From a virus, in IMG/VR virus record IMGVR_UViG_3300042945_003044: a stretch of DNA of 64,000 nucleotides. One strand, given 5' to 3'. Positions 37,850 to 46,425 of the stretch are shown here, in pieces. The position numbers and the translations under genes are program-made. Position 1 is the stretch's first letter, and every line of letters starts with the position of its first letter. The notes under the pieces are model-generated. The model did not search any database. It had not been told where the DNA came from and saw only the letters and a program-made list of their open reading frames with translations.

Positions 37850-39502
37850 CTATGCTTCACAACTACTACACGTTAGAATGCTACGAGCTAACTCTTGTGC
37901 AGGATTTGACGACCTTTGATAATAAAAAGTCTTAATGCCGTTTTCCCATCCATATATCAGTAGTTCGCTAACTTCTTTAGCTGGGCAGTTTGGCGGTATC
38001 ATTAGATTAAGAGAAATTGCTTGATCTATATATTTTTGTCGTTGAATATTTTGAATCACTATTTCTTTTTGACTAATTTCTCCAAATGTTTTAAATACAT
38101 CTTTTTCTTCTTTGGTCAAGAAAGTAAGATGTTGTACAGACCCGCCTCTGACTAGTATATCTTTCCATATTTCTTCTTTATCCATATCTCTATCCTTTAA
38201 TAATTTCTTAAGATACGGATTTTTATATGTAAAGCTACCCTTTGCTAGTTTTTTAACAAAATAATTCGAATTAAGAGGCTCTACAGATGGACTAACCTGA
38301 CCCAATATAAAAGAACTCGAAGTGGTTGGTGCAACAGCGAGGGTTGTCACATTTCTTCTGTTGTATCCTTTTAGAAGTTCCGGTTCTCCAAAAATTCCCG
38401 CTAGTTCAGTAGAGGCCTTGTCTGCTCTTTGCCTTATAGTTTTCCATATCTCTGTATTTAGAGACTTGGCCTGCATAGATTCAAAGCCTATCATTTTAGA
38501 CTGTAACAAAGAATGCCATCCAAGAACACCCATACCCAAAGCCCTTTGAGATTTAGCAAAGTTATGTGCGGCTTGTAAAAATCGTGTGTTACCAGTTTTT
38601 CTTATAAACTCTTCGTTAACGGCATCCAAAAAATATACCATTGTTTCGATAGCGTCTGTATTCTTTATTTCTTCCCAATGCAGAAGATTTAATGATGATA
38701 GCACACAAACAAAAGAATTTGCCTCATCAGAGTACAGGGCTATTTCTGAGCAAAGATTTGAACTCTTTATTTTAAGCCTTTTGTCTTTATATGCTTGTGG
38801 GGCGTTATTATTTATATTATCTGAAAATAGAATATATGGATATCCAGTTTCGAATCTTTTTTGAATTATTTTTGCCCAGATTTTTCTCTTGTCTTTATCC
38901 CCATCAACCATATCCTTCATCCAGTCGTCTGTAATGGTTACAGCTATACTCATATTCTGAATATTATGTCCCTCGGATCTTATCTGCAAATACTCCTCTA
39001 TATCCGGATGTTCAACAGGTAGATACGCGGCAAACGACCCTCTTCTAGCCGAGCCTTGCGAAACTACTTCCGCTACCTTGTCAAATAGCTCCATAAAGTG
39101 AACAGGGCCGCTAGATTCTCCGCCTACGCTAATCTTGACGCCTCTGGCTCTTAGATCTCCAAAATATCCGGATGTACCACCTCCTAATTTACTCATCATT
39201 CCAACCTCTGCTACCTTATACAATATACCGTCCATTGTATCCGGAATATAGGAGTTGAAGCACGACACGGGCAGTCCTCTGTCATTACCAAAATTAGTCC
39301 AAACCGGCGTGGCCAACGAGTAGAACCCCCTAGACATATAGTCCTCAAACTTATCCGCAAAACCATTGATATTCAGTATAGTTTCTGCGGTTTCGGCTAT
39401 TTGTCTAATCCTCACTTCTGGTGTAACACCTTCTTTTAGATAACCACGTTCTAAGAAAATTCTACTATGCGAATTAAGCCAATAATACTTCTTATTGTTC
39501 AT
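37850..39502 (-). CDS. nrdA: Ribonucleotide reductase alpha subunit (short, no ATP cone)
   Basis: ATPVW.N, PVSCF, GGGT, QG..RRG, SNLCSEI, VCVLSS, APT.SSS, DQAIS.N, KTFYY, C-terminal CSSCEA. Confidence 0.95.
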   Translation of the reverse strand: MNNKKYYWLNSHSRIFLERGYLKEGVTPEVRIRQIAETAETILNINGFADKFEDYMSRGFYSLATPVWTNFGNDRGLPVSCFNSYIPDTMDGILYKVAEVGMMSKLGGGTSGYFGDLRARGVKISVGGESSGPVHFMELFDKVAEVVSQGSARRGSFAAYLPVEHPDIEEYLQIRSEGHNIQNMSIAVTITDDWMKDMVDGDKDKRKIWAKIIQKRFETGYPYILFSDNINNNAPQAYKDKRLKIKSSNLCSEIALYSDEANSFVCVLSSLNLLHWEEIKNTDAIETMVYFLDAVNEEFIRKTGNTRFLQAAHNFAKSQRALGMGVLGWHSLLQSKMIGFESMQAKSLNTEIWKTIRQRADKASTELAGIFGEPELLKGYNRRNVTTLAVAPTTSSSFILGQVSPSVEPLNSNYFVKKLAKGSFTYKNPYLKKLLKDRDMDKEEIWKDILVRGGSVQHLTFLTKEEKDVFKTFGEISQKEIVIQNIQRQKYIDQAISLNLMIPPNCPAKEVSELLIYGWENGIKTFYYQRSSNPAQELARSILTCSSCEA

Positions 39503-39540
39503 CTTGATTTTTCCTTAGCTAAATCTTTAAAAGTTTATAT

Positions 39541-40512
39541 CTAAAATAAGTCTTCTACATCAAAACTCTGAGAGTTTTTCGCGTATTCCACCGGCCTGCT
39601 ATGGAAAAAATCTGTCATATTATTTCCTAGAACTTGTTCATCGAACCATGTGGTCTTAGCTATTTCTGTGTTATCTATTTCAAAAATATGGTCATAACCT
39701 ATTTGTTTTAAAGACTCATTCATTCTATTCTTGATGAACTCCTTCAGCAAGTTGGAGTTTAGTTTTTCGTGATCATATCCATTAACTATCCATTCTATAA
39801 TTTGACATTCATACTTAATAGCGTCCTTAGCTTCATGTTCTATTTTTGCTTTTAGCTCATCATCGAATAGTTCTGGATATTCTTCTTTAATAGTATTAAT
39901 GATTTTAATACCTATCATAGCATGAAGATTTTCTTCTCTTGACGTGTATTCTACTTGCTTGTTGGTGTCCTTCAATGCGTTTTTATATCTTCCAAAAAAG
40001 CTGATGGTGTAGAATTGTGAGAATAAAGCAATATTTTCAACAAACAAGGTAAAAAGTATTAAAGAATATACGAACTGTTTTTTGTTATTATCATGAAATT
40101 TGTGAAGGTGCTTGCGTAGATAATTTACGCGACCCTTAATAATATCTAATTGTAGAATATCATCAAAAGCATGATCTATACCTAGCACTTCCAATAGTCT
40201 CTCGTAAGCATCTCCATGAATAACCTCAACGTTGGCCATAACATATCCCATATCATTAATACTAGGGTGAGGCAAATTATCTCCTAGTTTGGCCCAAAAC
40301 TTTTTAACACTAATTTCTAATTGACCTATAGTTGATAAGGCTCGGGTTACTATCTGACGTTCTTGTTCGGTTAGGTTAACTTTAAAATCTTGAACATCAC
40401 TACTAAAATTAAATTCCTTATGAGTCCAAAAACCATTATGCATCGCTGCCATAAAGTCCTGGGTCCAAGGGTAATGATCAGGTTTTCTAGAAATTTGTTC
40501 ATCAAAAATCAT
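39541..40512 (-). CDS. nrdB: Ribonucleotide reductase beta subunit (class Id-like)
   Basis: QLEISVK, E.IH..AY, FVENIALFSQF, EENLH, DFF..RP.EY. Confidence 0.93.
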   Translation of the reverse strand: MIFDEQISRKPDHYPWTQDFMAAMHNGFWTHKEFNFSSDVQDFKVNLTEQERQIVTRALSTIGQLEISVKKFWAKLGDNLPHPSINDMGYVMANVEVIHGDAYERLLEVLGIDHAFDDILQLDIIKGRVNYLRKHLHKFHDNNKKQFVYSLILFTLFVENIALFSQFYTISFFGRYKNALKDTNKQVEYTSREENLHAMIGIKIINTIKEEYPELFDDELKAKIEHEAKDAIKYECQIIEWIVNGYDHEKLNSNLLKEFIKNRMNESLKQIGYDHIFEIDNTEIAKTTWFDEQVLGNNMTDFFHSRPVEYAKNSQSFDVEDLF

Positions 40513-40660
40513 AAATTGATCTTTCTGTTTTGATATATATATTAGCTAATAACCCTAGTATTACCACTGACTTAAAAGATTGCTCAATCATAATAGAGTC
40601 ACCAGAATAGGCGTTATAAAAAAATACTAGGAGAGAAATATAAAAACAAGGTAAGATCAT
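40502..40660 (-). CDS. Small (52 aa) hydrophobic membrane protein not in the ORF track
   Basis: Hand translation MILPCFYISLLVFFYNAYSGDSIMIEQSFKSVVILGLLANIYIKTERSIYDF. ATGA overlap with the upstream deaminase and overlap with the nrdB start. Confidence 0.5.
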   Translation of the reverse strand: MILPCFYISLLVFFYNAYSGDSIMIEQSFKSVVILGLLANIYIKTERSIYDF

Positions 40661-41133
40661 AATACACCGGGTATTTGTCTCAGCCAGTTCAAATCTGGAT
40701 CAATATAAAAAATTTTCATACCACTCATTGCTATAAAAGTGTCAAATCTTTTTCGCGCATCTTCATCAAATAAATGGGTTCCGTGACTATTTATCATATA
40801 TACAGTTTCAATGCCTTCTTGCCACAATGAGATGATACAGTTGTTGCAGCATTGCCCCGTCACGTAGGCTATTCCCTTATCTGGCCTAACAACACAATTG
40901 GCCAAAGCATTGATTTCCGAATGGACCATCCATGAATATTTCTCTGGTCTAGTTGTTGGTAGCTTTTCGTCGTCCAAACCTCTAGGAAACCCATTATAAC
41001 CCACACCTAAAATCCTATGATTGTTGTCCGTAATTACGCATCCGTGTTGGGTGTGTGGGTCGTGACTACGTTGCGAAACAACCTTAGCCATTCCTAAAAA
41101 ATAGTCCGTCCATGTGGGTCGTTGATGCTTCAT
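40657..41133 (-). CDS. dCMP deaminase (ComEB-like)
   Basis: W..YF..A....RS.D, GYNG.PRG, HSEINAL, CCNNC Zn ligands. Confidence 0.9.
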   Translation of the reverse strand: MKHQRPTWTDYFLGMAKVVSQRSHDPHTQHGCVITDNNHRILGVGYNGFPRGLDDEKLPTTRPEKYSWMVHSEINALANCVVRPDKGIAYVTGQCCNNCIISLWQEGIETVYMINSHGTHLFDEDARKRFDTFIAMSGMKIFYIDPDLNWLRQIPGVL

Positions 41134-41141
41134 GATCCACT

Positions 41142-41169
41142 ATTATACCATGAGCATCTCAAGAGGCAA
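41142..41169 (-). promoter_or_regulatory. Sigma70-type promoter (extended -10) for a near-leaderless dCMP deaminase/nrd transcript
   Basis: - strand TTGCCT-N16-TATAAT with TG.TATAAT. The ATG follows 8 nt later with no Shine-Dalgarno. Confidence 0.6.
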
Positions 41170-41176
41170 GCCGGTT

Positions 41177-41434
41177 TTATTTGCTTTGAATCAGCTTATT
41201 GTATACGACCAAACTAACCACAGATCCAGCCACGCCCATAAAAATTCCAGCAGGGCTTAAAGTATCATACTTGCCTAGTAAATACAGTATAGCTCCACCA
41301 GTATATGATCCTGCTACTCCGAGAGCGACAGTTTTGGTAAAGTTAAAATTTTCGTCTCCAGGGACTAGGCTTTTGGCTATTGATCCTACAAACAATCCAT
41401 AAACACACCATACTAATATATTAAACATTTGCAT
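41177..41434 (-). CDS. GlsB/YeaQ/YmgE (transglycosylase-associated) membrane protein
   Basis: W...GL.VG.IAK.LVPG...T.ALGVAGSY.GG...G.FMGV.GS; three TM segments. Confidence 0.8.
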   Translation of the reverse strand: MQMFNILVWCVYGLFVGSIAKSLVPGDENFNFTKTVALGVAGSYTGGAILYLLGKYDTLSPAGIFMGVAGSVVSLVVYNKLIQSK

Positions 41435-41819
41435 TCTCCACTAAGGTTTTAATATCTTCATCCGTGAGAACAGCTCCTGTATCTAATAAAGAATTAACGA
41501 TAGATAAAGAATACTTTGCGTAATCATCTGGCTTCATTTCTTTTCGCAAAACCTTCTTAATTCTCATTTTGGTAAACCAGCCCCTGCGTAAACTATATTC
41601 TTTAATTTGTTCGCCGTACAGCTGATATTTGTCTGCTGCTGAACATTCTTTGCTTAGTTTGTTTTTATTGCATTCTTGTAATATTCTAATAACGGTTAGT
41701 GTTATACTAATTATCATTAAAATAGTTAATGGATCAAAACTATGATTATCTGTTTTGGGCAAATTGGTGTTATTTAATATTTTTATAGCAATATTTTTAA
41801 GTTTAACTTTACTATCCAT
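41421..41819 (-). CDS. Hypothetical membrane protein
   Basis: One TM segment (LTILMIISITLTVIRIL). Confidence 0.55.
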   Translation of the reverse strand: MDSKVKLKNIAIKILNNTNLPKTDNHSFDPLTILMIISITLTVIRILQECNKNKLSKECSAADKYQLYGEQIKEYSLRRGWFTKMRIKKVLRKEMKPDDYAKYSLSIVNSLLDTGAVLTDEDIKTLVENANV

Positions 41820-41821
41820 AA

Positions 41822-42136
41822 TTATTTACTCTTTGGTTTATTGATAGGACATATACCATTTGGGCAATTAGAGGCAGTTGGAGCTTGGGCCATCTGGCCT
41901 TTTTCTGATTCACAATAGCCACAATCTACTCTTTTAATACCGTCACCACTTATATACCATCCTTTACCCTTGCAAACCGGACAATCTTTTCTTTTATATT
42001 TTTTTTGAGACTCATCCGCATGTTTACTTTTAATAATGCCCCCTGCGAGTACAACAGGGGCGGTTGTAGACCCGTAATAGCTTGTAGAAGAAAAGAATAT
42101 GCCAGCCAATAAAATTGAACAAATTAGTTTATTCAT
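41822..42136 (-). CDS. Exported protein with DnaJ-type Zn finger
   Basis: Signal-peptide-like N-terminus, CPVCKGKG...CGYC, terminal CPNGICP. Confidence 0.6.
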   Translation of the reverse strand: MNKLICSILLAGIFFSSTSYYGSTTAPVVLAGGIIKSKHADESQKKYKRKDCPVCKGKGWYISGDGIKRVDCGYCESEKGQMAQAPTASNCPNGICPINKPKSK

Positions 42137-42341
42137 CTTTTTTTCTCCAAGGTAACGGAACTATATTATCTATAGTGTCAACTACTTTTTTAAGAGGTTT
42201 AGGACGATGAGGCTTATTTACAGGAAGATTATCAATTTTAGGTTTTGGAGATAGCTTGATTATTAAATTAACCAAACGCTCAAGAACACTAATGATTAGA
42301 TTAACTAAACCGCGTATTTGTAAACGCTCTCTAAGATTCAT
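42129..42341 (-). CDS. Small basic hypothetical protein
   Basis: AGGAG SD, amphipathic helix, preceded by a GGTGTAT motif. Confidence 0.55.
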   Translation of the reverse strand: MNLRERLQIRGLVNLIISVLERLVNLIIKLSPKPKIDNLPVNKPHRPKPLKKVVDTIDNIVPLPWRKKDE

Positions 42342-42371
42342 AAAAATACTCCTAATGGGTATAATATTATA

Positions 42372-42377
42372 TACACC
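42372..42377 (-). promoter_or_regulatory. GGTGTA upstream motif
   Basis: - strand TGGTGTATATAATATTAT, then AGGAG and the ATG. Confidence 0.5.
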
Positions 42378-42395
42378 ATTAACATAATTTAAGAA

Positions 42396-43322
42396 TTATA
42401 GATAAGAGTCAAATCCGTAATCTGGTAGTTTTTGCACAGGAAAGCCGTCGAAGTTGCTAAAAGCGTAAGCCCCGTTTTGAGATAACATACCCTTGGCAAC
42501 ATCTGCTTTGATTAAAAAAGACCCTTCTGGAATAGGACCCCAATCAGGATGTCCTCCATCGTTCCATTTACCCCAGCTGTTTTGAATTAAAAACACCGGC
42601 TCACTACCAGTATCATCACAAGCTATCCATGCCATAGCATGAGCCCAGCTACCGCTTACTTTCGCGAATCCCTTCTTGTCTCTGGTGCCACTAAAGCCAT
42701 AACTGGAGCATACGCTAATACCATAACCATTGGTTAATGCGTCTCTAGCTTCTTCTACGGTTCTAACGAGAGATACTGTTTTAATTTGATGGTCATTAGC
42801 AAGATCTAGTACAGGATCGGGTAGGCCTCTACCTCCCCAATTGGCTCCTAACATACCTTGGTACTTAGATAGGTCTACAACCCCTTTATAGTTTTGACGG
42901 ACTAATATGCCTCCGTATTTACTCACAAATTCTGCAGCTCTAGCGCAGCTCATTCCTTGGCCACCGTGTCCTCTGGCTCCATAAATACCTTCTGTAGCAC
43001 CTCTAGCTATCCAGCTCTCTCTGTCTGAATGAACGTCTATTTCTACCGCTCTGCTAACATCACAAGCGTTTCGTGTTGCATGTGATACGCAATCTCCTGT
43101 AACTTGTCTTTCGTTATAAGGGTTTTTATCAAACTTTAACACGCTTTTATAAGGTGTTGACAATTGTCCTTTACCAGAGTTTTTAATTTTTTTACTAGCA
43201 TCTCCAAACAATGGATATTTGGAGTTTTCCATCAGGTGATCAAAAATATGAGGCTCCCAAAGGCAACCGCTGTAGCCTTGTCTATAATTATCATATAGTT
43301 CTTTAGGAGTAAAGCGTGGCAT
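42396..43322 (-). CDS. Papain-family (C1) cysteine peptidase
   Basis: Oxyanion Gln and catalytic Cys in QVTGDCVSHA, His in HAMAWIA, Asn in IQNSWG.W. Confidence 0.88.
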   Translation of the reverse strand: MPRFTPKELYDNYRQGYSGCLWEPHIFDHLMENSKYPLFGDASKKIKNSGKGQLSTPYKSVLKFDKNPYNERQVTGDCVSHATRNACDVSRAVEIDVHSDRESWIARGATEGIYGARGHGGQGMSCARAAEFVSKYGGILVRQNYKGVVDLSKYQGMLGANWGGRGLPDPVLDLANDHQIKTVSLVRTVEEARDALTNGYGISVCSSYGFSGTRDKKGFAKVSGSWAHAMAWIACDDTGSEPVFLIQNSWGKWNDGGHPDWGPIPEGSFLIKADVAKGMLSQNGAYAFSNFDGFPVQKLPDYGFDSYL

Positions 43323-43813
43323 TATTTACTTCCCTCATTATATGCCCAAGCCAAAGCATTAAAACCTTCGACAGCCTTGGGTCTTAATTCTTTAGACAAA
43401 GCTATATTATCATCGCCAATAGCTGCTATAACAACATCTTGACTTTCTTTGCTGAGACCCTTATACTTATTTTTCATATCTAGTCTTAGCATAGGACCAG
43501 CAATACTATTAGCTTGACGAATTTCATCGGTATTTTTGACCACTTCATTTTCGCCATCTAATTCTACTAAACGCCCCAAATCAAGCATTAAGTCTCGTAA
43601 TCTCTTAAAATCGTTTTTAGATCCAGAATAAGACTTTACTAATGCTACAACTTCTTCTGCTTCTTTTTTAACATTAGGATCAACAGGCTCTGACAACTCC
43701 ATTACGTCTACTGTTTGAGGAACACTTGGAAGTATATTTGTCAGATTGGCTCTGGTTAGACCTACCAAAATCAATAAGGCTCCCACAACTAATACTAATG
43801 TTTTATTATTCAT
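43322..43813 (-). CDS. Membrane-anchored helical protein
   Basis: N-terminal TM segment (TLVLVVGALLILVGL). Start set at MNNKT (ATGA overlap). Confidence 0.6.
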   Translation of the reverse strand: MNNKTLVLVVGALLILVGLTRANLTNILPSVPQTVDVMELSEPVDPNVKKEAEEVVALVKSYSGSKNDFKRLRDLMLDLGRLVELDGENEVVKNTDEIRQANSIAGPMLRLDMKNKYKGLSKESQDVVIAAIGDDNIALSKELRPKAVEGFNALAWAYNEGSK

Positions 43814-44214
43814 AGTACAATATCCTTTTTGTCGGCGCATACTGTTGGACTAAGATAAGGAAACATTTGATCAGCAACTTTAACAGCTTCCGCACACCCG
43901 CTTTGTACAGCCAGATCTCTTGTTTGTTTCCAGCTTACCACAAGTCTAAAGAATAAATCTTCAGTATCTTGTGTAGTTGTTGAGTTTACTGCTGGTTTTG
44001 ATACGACCGGCAATACTGGAACATCAACCACGTTTTTCTTACTGCTACCAAGAAGAGTTTTAACTTTTTCCATCAGACTCAAAACTAGAGTTTGTACTGG
44101 ACTAAGCTTATCTTTGAATAAAACCCATAATACTAATCCAACTCCAGCATATAGGGCCAAGTCTGTAGTAGTTAATTTACTAGCAAATTGATCAAAGCTT
44201 TCTGTAAAATTCAT
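43810..44214 (-). CDS. Membrane protein
   Basis: TM segment LALYAGVGLVLWVLF; GAGG SD. Confidence 0.6.
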   Translation of the reverse strand: MNFTESFDQFASKLTTTDLALYAGVGLVLWVLFKDKLSPVQTLVLSLMEKVKTLLGSSKKNVVDVPVLPVVSKPAVNSTTTQDTEDLFFRLVVSWKQTRDLAVQSGCAEAVKVADQMFPYLSPTVCADKKDIVL

Positions 44215-44233
44215 TTTATTTTCCTCTTATTTA

Positions 44234-44671
44234 TTATCTATCTGAAACTTTGGGCTTAGCGTCCATAAAAGTATTGACTTTTACACTGGGGTCAACAAAT
44301 ACGCCGGTATTTCTAAAAGTAGTTACCATAGCATCAATTGTTGAACTAACAAGTATCATCAAGAAACTTTTCACGTACTTATGTATAATAGGCTCAACTA
44401 GATTAGGAACAAAGGGAATATCTACAATTATGAAAACACTATCATAAAACTTACTTAACAATTCCATAGCAATAACTTTTTTATCTTTTCCAGCTAAATC
44501 TGTTGCTGTATTTTCTATTACCTGAATAGTACTGGCTACTGCTAATTGTAGTATTTTCCAGGCCTGAGCTATTGCTACTGTTTTAACTTCGTTAAGAGAT
44601 AATTTAGCCTGAATTATTAATTTATCAATTTCTGGAGCTATTAGATTTTTGATACTAGATGTTTCTGACAT
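44234..44671 (-). CDS. Hypothetical helical (holin-like) protein
   Basis: L.GKDKK..A...L motif and hydrophobic helices; AAGGAG SD. Confidence 0.5.
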   Translation of the reverse strand: MSETSSIKNLIAPEIDKLIIQAKLSLNEVKTVAIAQAWKILQLAVASTIQVIENTATDLAGKDKKVIAMELLSKFYDSVFIIVDIPFVPNLVEPIIHKYVKSFLMILVSSTIDAMVTTFRNTGVFVDPSVKVNTFMDAKPKVSDR

Positions 44672-44694
44672 AGTTTTTCTCCTTTATATAAGAA

Positions 44695-44700
44695 TACACC
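44695..44700 (-). promoter_or_regulatory. GGTGTA upstream motif
   Basis: - strand TGGTGTATTCTTATATAAAGGAG in the short intergenic gap. Confidence 0.5.
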
Positions 44701-44708
44701 AAAATGGC

Positions 44709-45029
44709 CTATTGTGCTTTGGGGGTTCTTCTTTTTGTTGATCTGGTTTTCTTTTTACGGGCGTTAGCCTTATTGGCTTCTTTTCTTTCGTTCTCGGTGG
44801 CTGTGCTCCACCAAGTTTGTTTAAGATTTGTTCTACCATTGATATATTTAAATAATACTGTTAGCTGTCCGATAATTAGTATCGTAGCTTCTAAACCACG
44901 ACTGGTTTCTGCTATTAAGTCTTCTTTTTGACTATGGTCGTCTAATATTCCTATTAGATATAATCCACTAAATAAAAAACTCACTAGAGTAAACCAAAAT
45001 TCACTAGTTCTATATCCAGGTTTTATCAT
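44709..45029 (-). CDS. Putative holin-like membrane protein
   Basis: KPGYRTSEFW, two TM segments, highly basic C-terminal tail. Confidence 0.55.
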   Translation of the reverse strand: MIKPGYRTSEFWFTLVSFLFSGLYLIGILDDHSQKEDLIAETSRGLEATILIIGQLTVLFKYINGRTNLKQTWWSTATENERKEANKANARKKKTRSTKRRTPKAQ

Positions 45030-45084
45030 AAGAGAAACCCTTTAATAAATGTTATATTGTGTTTGAGATAGATTGGCATAGCAT

Positions 45085-46053
45085 TTATACTATTCCAAGG
45101 ATAGACGAGCCGTTGATGCCTTTGTCGTAGGCGGTAATCACATTGCCGGTGATCCCGCGTCGGTTGTAAGACGCGCCGCGAAACGTCGCATCGCCATCGA
45201 CGGTGCCGCCGTCGTTGACGTACGAACTGTCGTTGAATGTCGCATTGCCATGAACGCGACCGTAGATACTGTCTGACGGCGTGTAGGCGCCGTTGTACGC
45301 AGAATCATTAAACGTCGCATCGCCGTAGACATCGCCGCCGTTGCGCGAACTGTCGTTGAATGTCGCACCGCCGCTGACGAGGTTAAAATTCTGTGAGCTG
45401 TCGTTAAACGTCGCGTTGCCGTTGACGGTGCCTGCGTTGATCGAACTGACATTAAACGTCGCGTCTCCGGTGACGCCGCCAAAATTGAGCGAACCGCCAT
45501 TGAACGTCGCATCGCCGGTGACTGTGCCGCCGTAGGTGTTCCACGAACTCTCGCTAAACGTCGCATCGCCGCTGACGTGGCCGTAATTGAACGAAACGTC
45601 GTTAAACGTCGCATAGCCGGTGACGGTGGCGTAATTATACGAAGCGTTGAACGTCGCGTTGCCGTTGACGGTGCCGGAGAATTCGTTGAGCGAACCGCCA
45701 TTAAACGTCGCATCGCCGTTGACGGTGCCGTGATTGGACGAAACGTCGTTAAACATCGCATCGCCGGTGATGGTGCCGGTGCTGCCGTTTTCCGTACCCA
45801 TACTGATCACCGCTTGGCCGGTGACGGTGATTGCGACCAAGAGAGACACAACCACACCGCCGGGCCGGACGAGCGTCAGGTTCACCACAGTTGGCGCACT
45901 GCCGCTGTTGCTCCCCACGCTGGCACTCAAAACGACACTATCGCTGCTCGTCGGCAGAGCAGACGCCTGCGTGGTGAACGTATCGTCAGTCCACCAGTTG
46001 CCGAGCGTAGCCCAGTTGCCATTGACAGCCGCGTTGAAATAGAGCGTTGCCAT
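45085..46053 (-). CDS. High-GC beta-helix repeat protein, putative receptor-binding/tail-fibre protein
   Basis: About 12 copies of G.V.G(D/N)ATFN..S.N. N-terminal W.T.GNW...LP...D.V cap. GC far above the flanks. Confidence 0.7.
   Translation of the reverse strand: MATLYFNAAVNGNWATLGNWWTDDTFTTQASALPTSSDSVVLSASVGSNSGSAPTVVNLTLVRPGGVVVSLLVAITVTGQAVISMGTENGSTGTITGDAMFNDVSSNHGTVNGDATFNGGSLNEFSGTVNGNATFNASYNYATVTGYATFNDVSFNYGHVSGDATFSESSWNTYGGTVTGDATFNGGSLNFGGVTGDATFNVSSINAGTVNGNATFNDSSQNFNLVSGGATFNDSSRNGGDVYGDATFNDSAYNGAYTPSDSIYGRVHGNATFNDSSYVNDGGTVDGDATFRGASYNRRGITGNVITAYDKGINGSSILGIV
45140..45777 (-). repeat. Degenerate in-frame tandem repeat, about 48-nt unit, about 12-13 copies
   Basis: Coding-strand consensus GGC ACC GTC ANC GGC RAY GCG ACG TTY AAY GAC NNT TCG NNC AAY NNN. 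Confidence 0.9.
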
Positions 46054-46082
46054 TTATTTTCTCCTAAATTTTGTAGTAAGAA

Positions 46083-46394
46083 TTACTTTGTTGGTGGAAC
46101 CGGTGGTAAAAATAAGCCTTCAAGACTAGCCTTAACATCAGAGCCAAGTAACTCAAGAACTCTTGCTTCAACTTGGGCCTGAGTATAATCGCCAGCGGCC
46201 GTATAAGCATCACCTTGCCAAAGAACTAGTGGCCTTGGACAAGGACGAATTTGAGCCACAACACTCTTTCTAGTAGCATTATCAATAATCGTAACATCTA
46301 ATGATGAGAGAGTAATGGGTTTTTGAACTCTTACTTCACCATTAGCTCTGGTAATAGTAGGTGGTTGAATAGTAACGGGATTGGGTAAATTCAT
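46083..46394 (-). CDS. Hypothetical tail-associated protein
   Basis: AAGGAG SD before MNLPNP; LW.GDAY.AAGDYTQAQVEARV.ELLG. Confidence 0.55.
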   Translation of the reverse strand: MNLPNPVTIQPPTITRANGEVRVQKPITLSSLDVTIIDNATRKSVVAQIRPCPRPLVLWQGDAYTAAGDYTQAQVEARVLELLGSDVKASLEGLFLPPVPPTK

Positions 46395-46425
46395 AATTTT
46401 CTCCTTTTTAAAATTGATCGTAATG

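Noticed and set aside
45140-45777. CRISPR array interpretation of the tandem repeat, given a Cas4-like gene in the window
   Set aside because: The units are degenerate, in-frame and protein-coding, with no unique spacers. The nuclease is a solo RecB/Cas4-like replication-block enzyme with no cas1/cas2.
45138-46182. Overlapping ORFs in alternative frames and strands (45138..45761 -, 45341..45535 +, 45577..46182 +, 45734..46042 +)
   Set aside because: Shadow ORFs caused by stop-codon scarcity in the high-GC repeat gene. No SD, and the products are just repeat translations.
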